A stretch of DNA of 64,000 nt from Candidatus Parcubacteria bacterium (GTDB lineage Bacteria; Patescibacteriota; Minisyncoccia; JAHIHE01; JAGLIN01), in the NCBI GenBank assembly GCA_023132875.1, contig JAGLXN010000007.1, positions 1,262 through 65,261 on the forward strand. Reading direction: 5' to 3'. Under the pieces are notes generated by a model, which was not told where the DNA came from, ran no database searches, and worked only from the letters and a program-made list of their open reading frames with translations. Each line of letters opens with the position of its first letter. Positions within the stretch are counted from its first letter, which is position 1. The translations under genes were made by a program, and so were the position numbers. Positions 40,380 to 51,288 of this stretch are shown here, piece by piece.

Positions 40380-41588
40380 CTATTTGTCTTTTTTCATTTT
40401 TTTTCTGATAAACGCCGGAACATCATATTCATCACCAGCATCTATAGAATTTATTTTTGATGAAAATATATTATCATCTCGTTTGATCTCAGAATTAATT
40501 TCCTTAAACTCTCTTTTACTTGTTTCTTTTGGTTTAGTTTCTTCGTCATTACTATCTTCTTCTTTTTTTAATATATTTTCTAAATCATTTATTCTCCCAA
40601 TATTATCGCTTACAGAATCTTTTTTATTAGACTGTCCTTCAAAACCAGTTGCGATTACCGTAACCTTAATATCTCCCTTTTTTAAATTTTCATCTGTAAT
40701 AGCGCCAAATATAACTTTTGCCTCATCGTCAATAAATTCCGTTATAACATTCGCGGCCTCGCTTACTTCCATCATTGTTAAATCAGCTCCGCCACTAACA
40801 TTAAACAAAACACCATTTGCGCCGTCGATAGACAATTCTAAGAGAGGGCTATTAATTGCTTGCTTGGCCGCTTCAGCCGCCCTATTCTCACCAGACGCTT
40901 TTCCAATGCCCATCAATGAAGAACCTGTATTTTGCATAATAGATTTCACATCGGCAAAATCCACATTTACAATTCCTGGAAGAGTTATTAAATCTGAAAT
41001 TCCCTGTACGCCTTGCCTTAATATATCATCCGCGATTTTAAACGAATCCAGCAATAAAGTTTTCTTTTCTATTACCTGAAGTATTTTATCATTGGGAATA
41101 GTTATAATTGTATCAACTTGATTCCTTAAATTCTCCAGACCCTCTTCGGCAATTCTCCTTCTTTGAATTCCTTCAAACATAAATGGCTTGGTTACAACCG
41201 CGACAGTAAGAGCACCAGCTTCCTTAGCGGCTTCTGCAATAATTGGCGCGGCTCCAGTCCCCGTTCCTCCTCCGAGTCCGCAAGTTATAAAAACCATATC
41301 TGTATTCTTTAAAACATCCTGAATTTCATCTTTATTCTCTTCTGCCGCCTGTCTTCCTATATCAGCATTCATTCCAGCGCCAAGCCCTCTAGTTAAATTT
41401 TTCCCAATGTGGATTTTTTCCGTAGATCTGCAATGATGAAGATCTTGAGAATCCGTATTTATGCCAATAAACTCAACCCCGCTCAATCCCTCTTCAATCA
41501 TTCTGCTTATAACATGATTACCGCTACCGCCAACGCCAACTACCTTAATCCTGGCAAATGTCTCAAATTCCGGTTTAATTTCTTTCAT
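40380..41588 (-). CDS. ftsZ: cell division protein FtsZ
   Basis: GVGGSGNH and the tubulin signature GGGTGTG. Confidence 0.95.
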   Translation of the reverse strand: MKEIKPEFETFARIKVVGVGGSGNHVISRMIEEGLSGVEFIGINTDSQDLHHCRSTEKIHIGKNLTRGLGAGMNADIGRQAAEENKDEIQDVLKNTDMVFITCGLGGGTGTGAAPIIAEAAKEAGALTVAVVTKPFMFEGIQRRRIAEEGLENLRNQVDTIITIPNDKILQVIEKKTLLLDSFKIADDILRQGVQGISDLITLPGIVNVDFADVKSIMQNTGSSLMGIGKASGENRAAEAAKQAINSPLLELSIDGANGVLFNVSGGADLTMMEVSEAANVITEFIDDEAKVIFGAITDENLKKGDIKVTVIATGFEGQSNKKDSVSDNIGRINDLENILKKEEDSNDEETKPKETSKREFKEINSEIKRDDNIFSSKINSIDAGDEYDVPAFIRKKMKKDK

Positions 41589-41720
41589 ATATTTAAATTT
41601 TAGATTGTTATACTATTATATTGCTAAATTGTTACATTGCTATACTGCTATAATAGCTTTTTTTGAAAATTTAGGCAAATCTATTTGGAATTATGAATCA
41701 GGAGTTATGAATTAAAAATA

Positions 41721-42110
41721 TTATAATTTCTTTTCCATCAAAACAGAAGTTTTCTTATCTTGTATTATTTTATATCCTAATCTTTGATATAATTTTTTAG
41801 CTGGATTACTTTTAAAAACAGTAAGTTGAATTTTACTTATATTTTTTTGAAACGCTTTTTTTTTCAATTAATTTCATTAAATAAGTTCCTACTCCTTTGC
41901 CCTTCATTAATCCAGAAACTTGCATATTCTCAAAATAAAAAAGTTTGGGTTCTGTAGCAAAATTGGTAATCTTGCAACATTGCTTTCCGAATAGTTAAAT
42001 TTAATTTGCCAACTTTTATTTTCATAATTAAACTATATTATCTTCCTTCTCGCCAAATCTGGAATAATTTTATTTTTCACAATCGGAGAAATCTCCACCA
42101 AATCACTCAT
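41721..42110 (-). pseudogene. GNAT N-acetyltransferase pseudogene (frameshifted)
   Basis: Minus-strand pieces MSDLVEISPIVKNKIIPDLA..(stop)..QVSGLMKGKGVGTYLMKLIEKKAF..KIQLTVFKSNPAKKLYQRLGYKII sit in different frames and are joined at A-homopolymers. They parallel the intact GNAT at 44726..45196. Confidence 0.6.
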
Positions 42111-42252
42111 ATTTTTTGCACATCCTATCTAATGTTTTACTTATTGAGTCCAGTTTTTTAATAAAACCCCTAAATTGATCTCTTAAATCTATTAAAATAG
42201 CTAAAACTTCCTCTTCGGTATATTTTTTCTTTTGCTTTATTATCTTTCTCAT
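42103..42252 (-). CDS. 49-aa ORF overlapping the GNAT pseudogene start (possible antitoxin-like partner)
   Basis: MRKIIKQKKKYTEEEVLAILIDLRDQFRGFIKKLDSISKTLDRMCKKYE. Its stop overlaps the GNAT ATG in ATGAGTGA. No SD. Coding status is unproven. Confidence 0.25.
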   Translation of the reverse strand: MRKIIKQKKKYTEEEVLAILIDLRDQFRGFIKKLDSISKTLDRMCKKYE

Positions 42253-42309
42253 CTCTAAAAATAAAACTAATTTAAAAAATGCTTAATACTTACTACTAAC
42301 TACCTCTTC

Positions 42310-43563
42310 TTACGGCAAAAAAGTTTTAAAAATCTTTCTCACTTTTTGCCCAACTCCGCCCAACGATGGCAGTTTAAATTTTCCGCCGCTAGAGGAAAAA
42401 ACTCCGTTTTCATCAGCTTCCCACATAATAAGCCCCATCACCGTAGCAAATGAAGGATCATCAACCCTATCAATTATTCCATTTAACTCAATAGGAAAAC
42501 CGACTTGCGCCGGCAGTCTAAGAGTTTCTTTCGCCATAGCAACAATTCCAGGCATTTTAGCGCCGCCACCGGTTATAACAGCTCCTGCCGGAAGCATGCC
42601 GCTTCTGTCAATTTTTTTAAGCTCTTTGTCTACCATTACAAATATTTCTTCAACTCTCGCTTCAATAATTTCTGCAATATACTTTCTGGTAAAAACTCCT
42701 TCTTCGTTTTTGTCAATCTGAGAAAGATCTATCTTATCTTTCTTGCTTATTTCCGCGGTAAGCACTGTACCGTACTCAAGTTTTATTTTTTCAGCAACAT
42801 CGATTGAGGTTCTGAGCCCTATAGCAATGTCATTCGTAATATGTCCTGCTCCGATCGGAATAACAGTTGAATGCAATATATTACCATCTTCAAAAACAGA
42901 AATTCCAGTCGTGCCTTTTCCAATATCAATTACAACCACGCCTAATTCTCTTTGGCGCTTTAACAAAACCGCTTTCGCGGCGGCAAGAGGAGAAAAAACC
43001 AAATCATCTATATCAATTCCGCAGCGCTGTATGCATTTATATAAATTTTTTATAAATGGAACTGACCCTTCGACCACTAAGGCATTTACTTCTAACCGCA
43101 CGCCATTCATTCCTATTGGATCTTTTATTTGTTCTTGTCCGTCAATCGTATAACTGCACGGAATCACATCAATTATTTCCTTATTATTTGGCATTGATAT
43201 TGCTTGTGAAGCAATAATAACTCTGTTTATGTCTTCCTCACTGATTTCTCCATCTGCCCTTGAAACAGCAACAACGCCTTTGGAAAATTGAGAACATATA
43301 TGATTTCCATTTATACTCACGAACGCATGTTCAACTGGGATTCCTGCTGTTCTTTCTGCTAATTCCTTTGATTTAGTTATTGCATTGATAGTTTCTTCAA
43401 TATCAACAACAACTCCATTATTAATCCCAAATGAAGGAGCCGTTCCAACTCCTAAAATTAGAGGCTTTGACTCTTCTCCCTGTTTCTGAGAAATAACAGT
43501 TCGAACAGCGCTAGCCCCAATATCAATTCCTATTAAAATATCTCCTCTTGACATAGAATTCAT
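42310..43563 (-). CDS. ftsA: cell division protein FtsA
   Basis: Actin-fold ATPase with DIGASAVR and FtsA-specific regions. Located immediately upstream of ftsZ. Confidence 0.9.
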   Translation of the reverse strand: MNSMSRGDILIGIDIGASAVRTVISQKQGEESKPLILGVGTAPSFGINNGVVVDIEETINAITKSKELAERTAGIPVEHAFVSINGNHICSQFSKGVVAVSRADGEISEEDINRVIIASQAISMPNNKEIIDVIPCSYTIDGQEQIKDPIGMNGVRLEVNALVVEGSVPFIKNLYKCIQRCGIDIDDLVFSPLAAAKAVLLKRQRELGVVVIDIGKGTTGISVFEDGNILHSTVIPIGAGHITNDIAIGLRTSIDVAEKIKLEYGTVLTAEISKKDKIDLSQIDKNEEGVFTRKYIAEIIEARVEEIFVMVDKELKKIDRSGMLPAGAVITGGGAKMPGIVAMAKETLRLPAQVGFPIELNGIIDRVDDPSFATVMGLIMWEADENGVFSSSGGKFKLPSLGGVGQKVRKIFKTFLP

Positions 43564-43777
43564 CTTAACATTTTAACATATTAACATTTTAACATAATTT
43601 ACACTAAAATTTCTGCCAAATATTTTGACGAATTATAATATTACTAAACTATCTAAATATCTTTACATTTTATACTTTCAAAAAGCCAAACAAAAAATCT
43701 TGTTAAAATGTTAAAATGTTAAAATGTTAGCATGATACTTATATTATAATACATTTTTAAAAAATAAAAAAGCCCTT

Positions 43778-44155
43778 TTAAAAACATTGTGTAATACTCT
43801 TAAAATGAGGCCAAAAAATCAATAAACCAACAAAAAAGGCTCCTAGAGATGCCGCTAGAACTGCCGAAGCCATCATATCTTTTACTGTCTTTGCGTAAGG
43901 ATGAACTCTTGGCTGTAAAATATCCATAATTCTCTCAAAGATTGAATTAATAATTTCCAATACTAAAACAAGAGTAACCATCATAATTAAAACAACTATT
44001 TCCCATATCTTAAGATCAAACAATAATATTAAAATAAAAACAGTAATAGAAAATACAATCTGGATTTTAAAATTTTGTTCCCGAAAAACACACTTAAATC
44101 CCCTGATTGCGTGCGAAAAACTTCTGGCAAGTTTTTTAAAACTAAATACTGTCAT
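43778..44155 (-). CDS. dgkA: diacylglycerol kinase / undecaprenol kinase family protein
   Basis: 125-aa three-TM protein with the DAGK_prokar pattern (E..NSAIE-like EIINSIFERI). Confidence 0.75.
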   Translation of the reverse strand: MTVFSFKKLARSFSHAIRGFKCVFREQNFKIQIVFSITVFILILLFDLKIWEIVVLIMMVTLVLVLEIINSIFERIMDILQPRVHPYAKTVKDMMASAVLAASLGAFFVGLLIFWPHFKSITQCF

Positions 44156-44281
44156 ACATATTAAATTGTTAAACTGCCAAATTGTTAAACTGCCATGCCA
44201 TATATAACAATACAGTAATTTAACAATGTAGCAATGTGATTTTTATTAAAAACGCCAATCCATAAATTTCCAAATAAAAAT

Positions 44282-44710
44282 CTACAAAACTGTTAATATC
44301 TTTTTTTCTAAAATCTTCATCTCCGAATTTTCATAATTCCCCTTATGATCATATCCTAACAAATGCAAAATTCCATGAATTAATAAAATTGCCAATTCTT
44401 TTTTTGTTAAATGCTTTTTCTGTTTCGCTTGCCTAACAGCCTGTGGATAACAAATAAAAACCTCGCCTAAATAAATAATCTTATCAGGCAAACCCACAAA
44501 CTCTTCATTCCCAAAAGACAACACATCTGTTATTTTGTCTATCTTCCGATATTTCTTATTTAAAGATTTTATTCTTTTCTCTCCAGTTATCACCAAACTT
44601 ATTTCCACTGGTTTTTTAAATTTAGCGACCTCCAAAGTTCTCTCAGCGATTTCATTTAGATATTTTTGATTGAGTTTATTTTTGGTAAAGTTTTTAATTG
44701 GAAGAGACAT
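44282..44710 (-). CDS. ybeY: rRNA maturation endoribonuclease YbeY
   Basis: HGILHLLGYDH zinc-binding motif and size. Confidence 0.9.
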   Translation of the reverse strand: MSLPIKNFTKNKLNQKYLNEIAERTLEVAKFKKPVEISLVITGEKRIKSLNKKYRKIDKITDVLSFGNEEFVGLPDKIIYLGEVFICYPQAVRQAKQKKHLTKKELAILLIHGILHLLGYDHKGNYENSEMKILEKKILTVL

Positions 44711-44725
44711 AAATTAATAACTATA

Positions 44726-45196
44726 CTATTGAATCTCTATTTTTTTTGACATATAAACATCATGATGATTTTGATGTTGTTTAACTTTATCTATTTTATA
44801 TCCAAATTTTTTATAATATTCAGGTATTTTTTTCTCTTGAGCACAATCAAGTTTTATTTTAGCTATCCCCTTTTTCTTAGCTATTACTTCAACTTGTTTT
44901 ATCAGTGATGTGCCAATACCTTTATTTCTATGTGTTTTCAAAACTGCTAACTTATAAAAATATAAACTATTTTTTTCAAAAAATTTATATCTGACAGCGC
45001 CAACTATTCTATCATTAAAAATAGCAACAATTATAAAAACTTCTTTTTTAGAAAAACTACTTTTAATATTATCAGGCTCGTATGATTTGGTAATTAATGT
45101 ATCTTCTTTGTAGGGAATTTTATAAGCAAGCTTGGTAATATATTTTATTCTAAGTAGCTCATTTAATTTAGCATGTCTAATTGAAAATTTTATCAT
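44726..45196 (-). CDS. GNAT family N-acetyltransferase
   Basis: The segment GAVRYKFFEKNSLYFYKLAVLKTHRNKGIGTSLIK has the acetyl-CoA motif A pattern R/Q-x-x-G-x-G/A. Confidence 0.8.
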   Translation of the reverse strand: MIKFSIRHAKLNELLRIKYITKLAYKIPYKEDTLITKSYEPDNIKSSFSKKEVFIIVAIFNDRIVGAVRYKFFEKNSLYFYKLAVLKTHRNKGIGTSLIKQVEVIAKKKGIAKIKLDCAQEKKIPEYYKKFGYKIDKVKQHQNHHDVYMSKKIEIQ

Positions 45197-45243
45197 TGAA
45201 AATCAATTACCAACCCAAGGCTGGTCCGCCTCAGGCGGAAAAA

Positions 45244-45687
45244 TCATTTTAACTTTTCCTTCACAATCCTCCCAACCAAACCCCCATCCGCCTTATTCCC
45301 AACTTCCTTCATAACCACTCCCATTACTCTACCAAAATCAGAAGCGCCAACCGCTTCTGATTTACTAATAACATCAATAACTATTTTTCTTATTTCATCC
45401 TCACTCATCTGCTCTGGCACATATTTTTCCAAAATTTTCAGCTCCTTTTCTTCTTGAATAACTAAATCTTCACGATTGCCTTTTTTATATTGTTCAATTG
45501 AATCTTTATGACTCTTGATATTTTTTTTAATAATTTTTACAATATCATCATCTAACAGCTCCTTCTTGCTGTCTATTTCTAAATTCTTAAAATCAGAATT
45601 TAGCACCCTTAAAACACCGCGAGTTATGTTATCACCGCTTTTCATCGCGTCCTTGAGATCGTTCTTAATTTTACCTCTTAGATTCAT
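45244..45687 (-). CDS. GatB/YqeY domain protein
   Basis: Matches over the full length to the YqeY-like family. Confidence 0.8.
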   Translation of the reverse strand: MNLRGKIKNDLKDAMKSGDNITRGVLRVLNSDFKNLEIDSKKELLDDDIVKIIKKNIKSHKDSIEQYKKGNREDLVIQEEKELKILEKYVPEQMSEDEIRKIVIDVISKSEAVGASDFGRVMGVVMKEVGNKADGGLVGRIVKEKLK

Positions 45688-45721
45688 TGCTTATTTTTAA
45701 TCATAAAGTAATGACCGCATA

Positions 45722-45964
45722 TTAATATCTTGATTGCGTTCTAAAATCTTCTTCAAGCTTTCCAAGTTTCCTGAGTTTTTCTTTCTCGCTTGTAATCTCT
45801 TTTCTTCTTAACGCGCTCTTTCTTCTTTCTGTCCTGCTTAGATTTTTGTCTTTAAATCTTGAACTTCTTGCCTGCAAAAGCAGTCCGCTTTGCTGAACTT
45901 TTTTTGAAAAGCGCCTCAAAAGGCTTCCAATGCTTTCATTGTCTTTTTTCTTTACTTCTATCAT
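45722..45964 (-). CDS. rpsU: 30S ribosomal protein S21
   Basis: The segment IGSLLRRFSKKVQQSGLL...RRKEI is S21-like. Confidence 0.85.
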   Translation of the reverse strand: MIEVKKKDNESIGSLLRRFSKKVQQSGLLLQARSSRFKDKNLSRTERRKSALRRKEITSEKEKLRKLGKLEEDFRTQSRY

Positions 45965-46023
45965 TTTTTCACCTCTAACTTTCTATTAAATTTAAGTTTA
46001 AATTAAAAAAACTAGCTGAAACT

Positions 46024-46051
46024 AGTATAACACAGAATCAAGATTTGACAA
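46024..46051 (-). promoter_or_regulatory. sigma-70-type promoter for rpsU
   Basis: Minus strand reads TTGTCA-16nt-TGtTATACT, an extended -10, about 55 nt upstream of the rpsU ATG. Confidence 0.4.
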
Positions 46052-46166
46052 GCAGGCTTTCCTACATTTTGGTATCATCTTACAATTGGAAAATACTGCA
46101 AAAAGTAATGTGTAACGCAAAACGTATAACAATCTTATATCATAATTTTACGTTACACGTTACACG

Positions 46167-46520
46167 TTATACGTTATATGCTCCTCCTAAAAGATGTAAA
46201 TGAATATGATCCACTTCTTGCCCGCCTCCTTTTCCAACTCTTATAAGAAGCCTATATCCCTTATTTGAAATTTCTAAATCTTCGGCAATTTTTTTAGCGG
46301 CCATTATCAATTTCCCCATCAGCAAAACATCATTGTCATTCGCGTCAACAATAGATATAATGTGTTTTTTAGGAATCACAAGCACATGTACTGGAGCAAT
46401 TGGTTTTACATCCTTAAATGCAATTACATCTTCATTTTCAAAAACAATATCAGCAGGAATTTCTTTTTTTATAATTTTACAGAAAATACAAGCCATAATT
46501 TTAAGGTTTATGTATTTCAA
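46167..46520 (-). CDS. HIT family hydrolase
   Basis: Histidine triad HIHLHLLGG. The true start is probably MACIFCKII (ATG at 46496). Confidence 0.85.
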   Translation of the reverse strand: MKYINLKIMACIFCKIIKKEIPADIVFENEDVIAFKDVKPIAPVHVLVIPKKHIISIVDANDNDVLLMGKLIMAAKKIAEDLEISNKGYRLLIRVGKGGGQEVDHIHLHLLGGAYNV

Positions 46521-46701
46521 TTATTTTAAACTTAATTTTACAATTAACTTTTCTAAGTAATCTCTCAAATTGTTACATTGTTCTATTGCTAAATTGTTAT
46601 GCATAGCATAGCAATCCAATAACTGCAATATGATAATGTAATCTTACTGAATATATGCCGTGCATAACAATTTGACAATTTAGCAATTTAGCAATTTATT
46701 T

Positions 46702-48078
46702 TTATTTCTTTAATCTCTTCTTAACTTCCGCAACAACACTTTCCATCACAACAACTTCCTGCATCCCGCTCTCCATATCTCTAATAATAACAGTGTTATC
46801 TATCGCTTCCTTTTGTCCGATAATCAAGGCAATTTTCGAATTCGATCTATTTGCCATTCTTAGTTGAGATTTTATACTGCCGCGTCCAAGAGATTCACCA
46901 ACTATAATATTATTATCTATTAGATTATCAAAAAGCTTTAAAATCTTTTTTCTTGCCATATTTCCCAATTGCACAAGAAAAACATCTTTATTTATTTTTC
47001 GCTCCAAATGAAATCCATTTTGCAATAAACGCTCTACCGCTCTTTCAACTCCAAATGAAAATCCAATAGCGAAAGTATCCTCTCCTCCCAAAATTTGGAC
47101 GAGATCGTCATATCTTCCTCCGCCGCCTAATGAAGATTGCGCACCCTCAGCATTGCTTTCCCATACCTCAAAAACAGTTTTTGTATAATAATCAAGACCG
47201 CGAACAAGGCTAGAGTTCAAAACATAAGAAATTTCAAGTTCGTCCAAAAACTCCAGAACATTTTTGAAGTGATCATGGCACTCTTCGCAAAGATGATCAA
47301 TAATTTGCGGAGCCGCTGAAGCAACCTGCATACATTTCTCTTCTTTGCAGTCCAAAAGACGCAATGGATTATCAGTTAATCTTCTTTTACAGTCCATACA
47401 TAATTTATTTATTTTCATTTCATAATAATCAGTCAAAAGCTTTTTGTAGGCTGGCCGGCATTCACTGCAACCAATGCTATTAATTTGAATAGTTGTGTTT
47501 TTTATACCAATCTTCTGAAAAATTTTCCATGCTAAATATATGATCTGCGCGTCAATTGCGGGACACTCATCTCCGAAAATTTCAAAGCCAAACTGATGAT
47601 GCTGCCTATATCTCCCTGCTTGCGGCTTTTCATAGCGAAACATCGGGCCTTCATAATAAAGCTTTACTGGCTGAGACCATTTACTCATTCCATTTTCAAT
47701 ATAAGCTCTGACAACACCGGCAGTTCCTTCCGGCCGCAAAGAAACCTTATCACCTCCTCGTGTTTCAAAAGAAAACATTTCTTTTTCTACTATATCAGTA
47801 ATTTGCCCTACGCCTCTATGAAACAATTCAGTGTGCTCTAAAATAGGAGTTTCAATCCTCCCAAATCCAAAATCGCCGCACAATTTCCTGCCGTTTTCTA
47901 ACACGTGATTCCAGATAAGCTGTTCTGGCGGTAAAATATCTTTCATGCCCTTAATCGTTTGAATCGGAGTCAATTTTTTTCTTCTTCTTTTTATTTCTTT
48001 TTTATCCTGTTTTTTTACTCGAGGCATAATTTTAAGTTGAAAGTTTATAAAGTTTGTAAAGTCAAAAGTTTGGTCCAA
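46702..48078 (-). CDS. hisS: histidine--tRNA ligase
   Basis: Class II motifs (FRYEKPQAGRYRQHHQFGFEIFG), a HisRS-specific region and the C-terminal anticodon-binding domain. The likely true start is MPRVKK (ATG at 48027); the upstream codons are translated leader repeats. Confidence 0.9.
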   Translation of the reverse strand: MDQTFDFTNFINFQLKIMPRVKKQDKKEIKRRRKKLTPIQTIKGMKDILPPEQLIWNHVLENGRKLCGDFGFGRIETPILEHTELFHRGVGQITDIVEKEMFSFETRGGDKVSLRPEGTAGVVRAYIENGMSKWSQPVKLYYEGPMFRYEKPQAGRYRQHHQFGFEIFGDECPAIDAQIIYLAWKIFQKIGIKNTTIQINSIGCSECRPAYKKLLTDYYEMKINKLCMDCKRRLTDNPLRLLDCKEEKCMQVASAAPQIIDHLCEECHDHFKNVLEFLDELEISYVLNSSLVRGLDYYTKTVFEVWESNAEGAQSSLGGGGRYDDLVQILGGEDTFAIGFSFGVERAVERLLQNGFHLERKINKDVFLVQLGNMARKKILKLFDNLIDNNIIVGESLGRGSIKSQLRMANRSNSKIALIIGQKEAIDNTVIIRDMESGMQEVVVMESVVAEVKKRLKK

Positions 48079-48202
48079 TTTTAATCCTAACTAATATAGT
48101 TTTAATTTCTAATTTCTAATTTTCATTAAATTTTCAATAAAACAATTTCTAAATAATTAATCTAAATAATTTATTAAAAATTCAGACATTAGAAATTGAA
48201 AA

Positions 48203-48742
48203 TTACGAGCTGATAAGGCTTTCTGTAAACTCATCTATTTTCTGTATGCTTTCGGGATCGTTTTCAATATCTTGAGGACCCTCTCCAACCAAATACAAAT
48301 CGCCAATAAGAGACATTTCTGTCCAATCAACCGCTAACTCAATGCTTTTAATTGAATTTTTAATTGTATTTGGCTTATCAGTTCCGCCAACAACTACCGC
48401 CACTACTTTTTTATTCCTTAACTTTTTATTCGTGTAGAATGGATTAAGCCTATCAATAAAATTCTTCATCATTCCGGAAACATTACTAAAATAATTCGGA
48501 CTGCCAAGAATTATAAGATCGGCTTCTTTAAGCTTGGGATATATTATCTGCATATCATCTCTTATATTACACTCACCGGTAAAATCACAATTTAAACACC
48601 CATTACAAAATTCAATTCTTTTCTCCCGCAATAAAACAAGCTCTGTTCTTGCTCCTAATTCTTCAGCTTTAGTTAAAATTCTTTTCAAAATAAACTCGGT
48701 GTTTCCTCTGCGAGGGCTCCCGCAGATAGCAACAATTTTCAT
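48203..48742 (-). CDS. NADPH-dependent FMN reductase / iron-sulfur flavoprotein family
   Basis: Flavodoxin-like MKIVAICGSPRRGNT and the CNGCLNCDFTGEC cluster. Confidence 0.7.
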   Translation of the reverse strand: MKIVAICGSPRRGNTEFILKRILTKAEELGARTELVLLREKRIEFCNGCLNCDFTGECNIRDDMQIIYPKLKEADLIILGSPNYFSNVSGMMKNFIDRLNPFYTNKKLRNKKVVAVVVGGTDKPNTIKNSIKSIELAVDWTEMSLIGDLYLVGEGPQDIENDPESIQKIDEFTESLISS

Positions 48743-48838
48743 AGATTTGAATTTAGAATTTAGAATTTAGAATCTGGAGTTAGTGCTTCAGTACGAATTC
48801 ATATCCATTTTTTCACATTAAAGAGGCTGCCCTAAATT

Positions 48839-49450
48839 CTAGATTCTATATTCCACTCCCTCAAATACGGAAAAATCTCCAAATGGCCATGCTCTAATCC
48901 ATGCACGGCCTACAATAAAATGCTCTCCAAGAACTCCCCAGACGCGGGAATCCGCACTGGCTGTTCTGTTGTCTCCTAAAACATAATATTCATCGTTTTT
49001 TAATTCTTTGACATAACTTCCGGTTGTTTGCATTTCGGATGAAATATATGTTTCGTCAAGCTTGAAACCGCTTGGATTTTCAGCGTTAAATATGGTTATT
49101 CTATTATTCATAATTTCTACTTTTTCTCCCGGGAGAGCAATTATTCTCTTTATATAAAATTCTTTTGGATTATTTGGATAATGGAAAATAATGACATCGC
49201 CGCGCTTTGGATCTTCAAATCTATAGCTAAGTTCATCAATTATCAAATAATCACCGTCATGAAAATTAGGCTCCATACTTTTCCCGCTAACAAAAAACGG
49301 CTGCATAACAAAAGACCTAATCCCAACAATAACAATCAAGCTTATAATCACCACTTTTATTGTTTCAAAAGAAAAATCTTTTAACTCCGAAGTAAATGAT
49401 CTATTATTATTTTTCGAATCGCTGTTTTCTATGATATTATTTTCTGACAT
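48839..49450 (-). CDS. lepB: signal peptidase I
   Basis: GKSMEPNF catalytic-serine box, KRIIALPGE, and GDNRTASADSR. Confidence 0.9.
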   Translation of the reverse strand: MSENNIIENSDSKNNNRSFTSELKDFSFETIKVVIISLIVIVGIRSFVMQPFFVSGKSMEPNFHDGDYLIIDELSYRFEDPKRGDVIIFHYPNNPKEFYIKRIIALPGEKVEIMNNRITIFNAENPSGFKLDETYISSEMQTTGSYVKELKNDEYYVLGDNRTASADSRVWGVLGEHFIVGRAWIRAWPFGDFSVFEGVEYRI

Positions 49451-49543
49451 TTATTTACTAAAATTAAATTTAAAATTCTCAGCAATAACTTCAGAATACA
49501 ACTTTTAGAGTTATAAGTCAACATTATACATTAAATCATAATT

Positions 49544-49597
49544 TGTCATTCTGAAACAAATTCAGAGCTTGTCCTGAATTTAGTTCAGGGATGACAG
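49544..49597. repeat. short MITE-family variant (two back-to-back hairpins)
   Basis: The sequence is ttgtcattctgaaacaaattcagag cttgtcctgaatttagttcagggatgacag. Confidence 0.7.
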
Positions 49598-49894
49598 AAA
49601 TTTAATATTTTAAAAAATAGACATCACTAATTATTTATTATAAAATAAAATCAGAATTTATATATTTTAATTTATTTATACTGTTATAGAAGTATCCTAG
49701 ATTTTAATTTCATTAATAATAAAAATAAAAATCAATATATTGTCAAACTGTTAAATTGTTAAATTGTCACGCATTTTACTTGTCTTTGACAATTTGGCAA
49801 TTTAACAATAAAAAAACATTTATAAAACAATAAAAATTTAAATTAGGTACTTCGGTTTTATGCAAACCTTAATCAACAATCCATAAATATAATA

Positions 49895-51199
49895 ATGCTT
49901 AAACTAATTTTAAAATTATTTATATTTGCATTTCTAATTTTGGCAATTTTTGTTGCGGCTTTTTCCTACGAAATATTTTCAGCTGGACAAAAAATATTTT
50001 CAGCTGGACAAGAACAAAGTTCAATAATAAAGCAATTTGGAGAATTAGTTTTTAATCCAACAAAAGAGCTAAGAGGAGAAGAAAATAACAGAATTAATAT
50101 TCTATTTTTAGGAGTCGGAGGAGAGGGTCATAGCGGCGGCGAACTTACGGATACGATTATGATTGCCAGCATCAAACCGCAAGAAAAAGAAGCCGCTCTT
50201 CTTTCGTTTCCAAGAGATATGTATGTTCAGATACCAGAAACTAATATAAATACCAAAATAAACGCGATCAAAATTTTTGGAGACAGAAGCGCGGAAAAAA
50301 ATGGAATTGACTTGATAAAAAAAGTGGCAAACGAGATTTCAGGACTTGATATTCATTATTATATACAATTAGATTTTCAAGGATTTATAAAAATTATTGA
50401 TGACTTGGACGGCATAGATGTTTATTTGGAAACTGGCATAAACGATCCCACATATCCAAATTTTAACCGCGGATATGACCCTTTTTATATTGCGCAAGGA
50501 TGGCATCACTTAGATGGCGCGACTGCATTGAAGGTTGCCCGTTCAAGGCATAGTAAAATGGGAGATTTTGACCGTATCAAAAGACAGCAAGCCGTAATTA
50601 AATCCGCAAAACAAAAAATGTTTGAAAAATATACAAAGTTTGACATTATAGCTTTCAAAAATATATTGAATTCTTTGAGCGACAATATGAAAACAGATAT
50701 TCAACTCAAAGAACTTCCGCGATTTTATAAAATTGCGAAAGAAATAAAAAATCACAAAATTACCGCGCAAACCATAGACACAAAAACATATTTGAATCGC
50801 ACTCATGTAGGAATGGGATATACCTTACAAGCAAAAGATAGTAGTTATGAAAAAATAAAAAATCTGAGCGAAAATATATTTGACATTGAAATTTCACAAG
50901 AGAGAATGGAACTTATTCAAAAAGAAGACGCCAATATTGAAATCAAGAATGGCACCGGCACGCTGGATCTTGCAAACAAAGTAGCGCGAGATTTGGAAGA
51001 ATTAGGCTATAGAATTATAAATTCTACTAATATAGATCTGCCCGAATTTTCCGGTGTTCAGATTTATGATAATTCAGAAAATTTAAAACCGAACACTTTA
51101 GAATTTTTGAAAGAAAAGTTCAATGCTGTTATAATAGAGATGTCGGAAGATAATCTCAGTAAAGCAGATTTTGTGATTGTATTAGGAAAGGGATTTTAG
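49895..51199 (+). CDS. LytR-CpsA-Psr (LCP) family protein
   Basis: N-terminal TM helix, then LCP-core similarity across RINILFLGVGGEGHSGGELTDTIMIASI...SFPRD. Confidence 0.85.
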   Translation: MLKLILKLFIFAFLILAIFVAAFSYEIFSAGQKIFSAGQEQSSIIKQFGELVFNPTKELRGEENNRINILFLGVGGEGHSGGELTDTIMIASIKPQEKEAALLSFPRDMYVQIPETNINTKINAIKIFGDRSAEKNGIDLIKKVANEISGLDIHYYIQLDFQGFIKIIDDLDGIDVYLETGINDPTYPNFNRGYDPFYIAQGWHHLDGATALKVARSRHSKMGDFDRIKRQQAVIKSAKQKMFEKYTKFDIIAFKNILNSLSDNMKTDIQLKELPRFYKIAKEIKNHKITAQTIDTKTYLNRTHVGMGYTLQAKDSSYEKIKNLSENIFDIEISQERMELIQKEDANIEIKNGTGTLDLANKVARDLEELGYRIINSTNIDLPEFSGVQIYDNSENLKPNTLEFLKEKFNAVIIEMSEDNLSKADFVIVLGKGF

Positions 51200-51288
51200 A
51201 TCGTATAACGCACAACGTATAACCTGTAACCAAAAAATTATAAACAAATTGCGTTACACGTTATACATTATACGTTACACTTAAACAT

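Noticed and set aside
46040-46080. Plus-strand sigma70-like promoter (TTGACA ... TATCAT)
   Set aside because: The spacer is ~23 nt, which is too long, and no plus-strand gene follows. The minus-strand reading (TTGTCA-16-TGtTATACT) fits an rpsU promoter much better.
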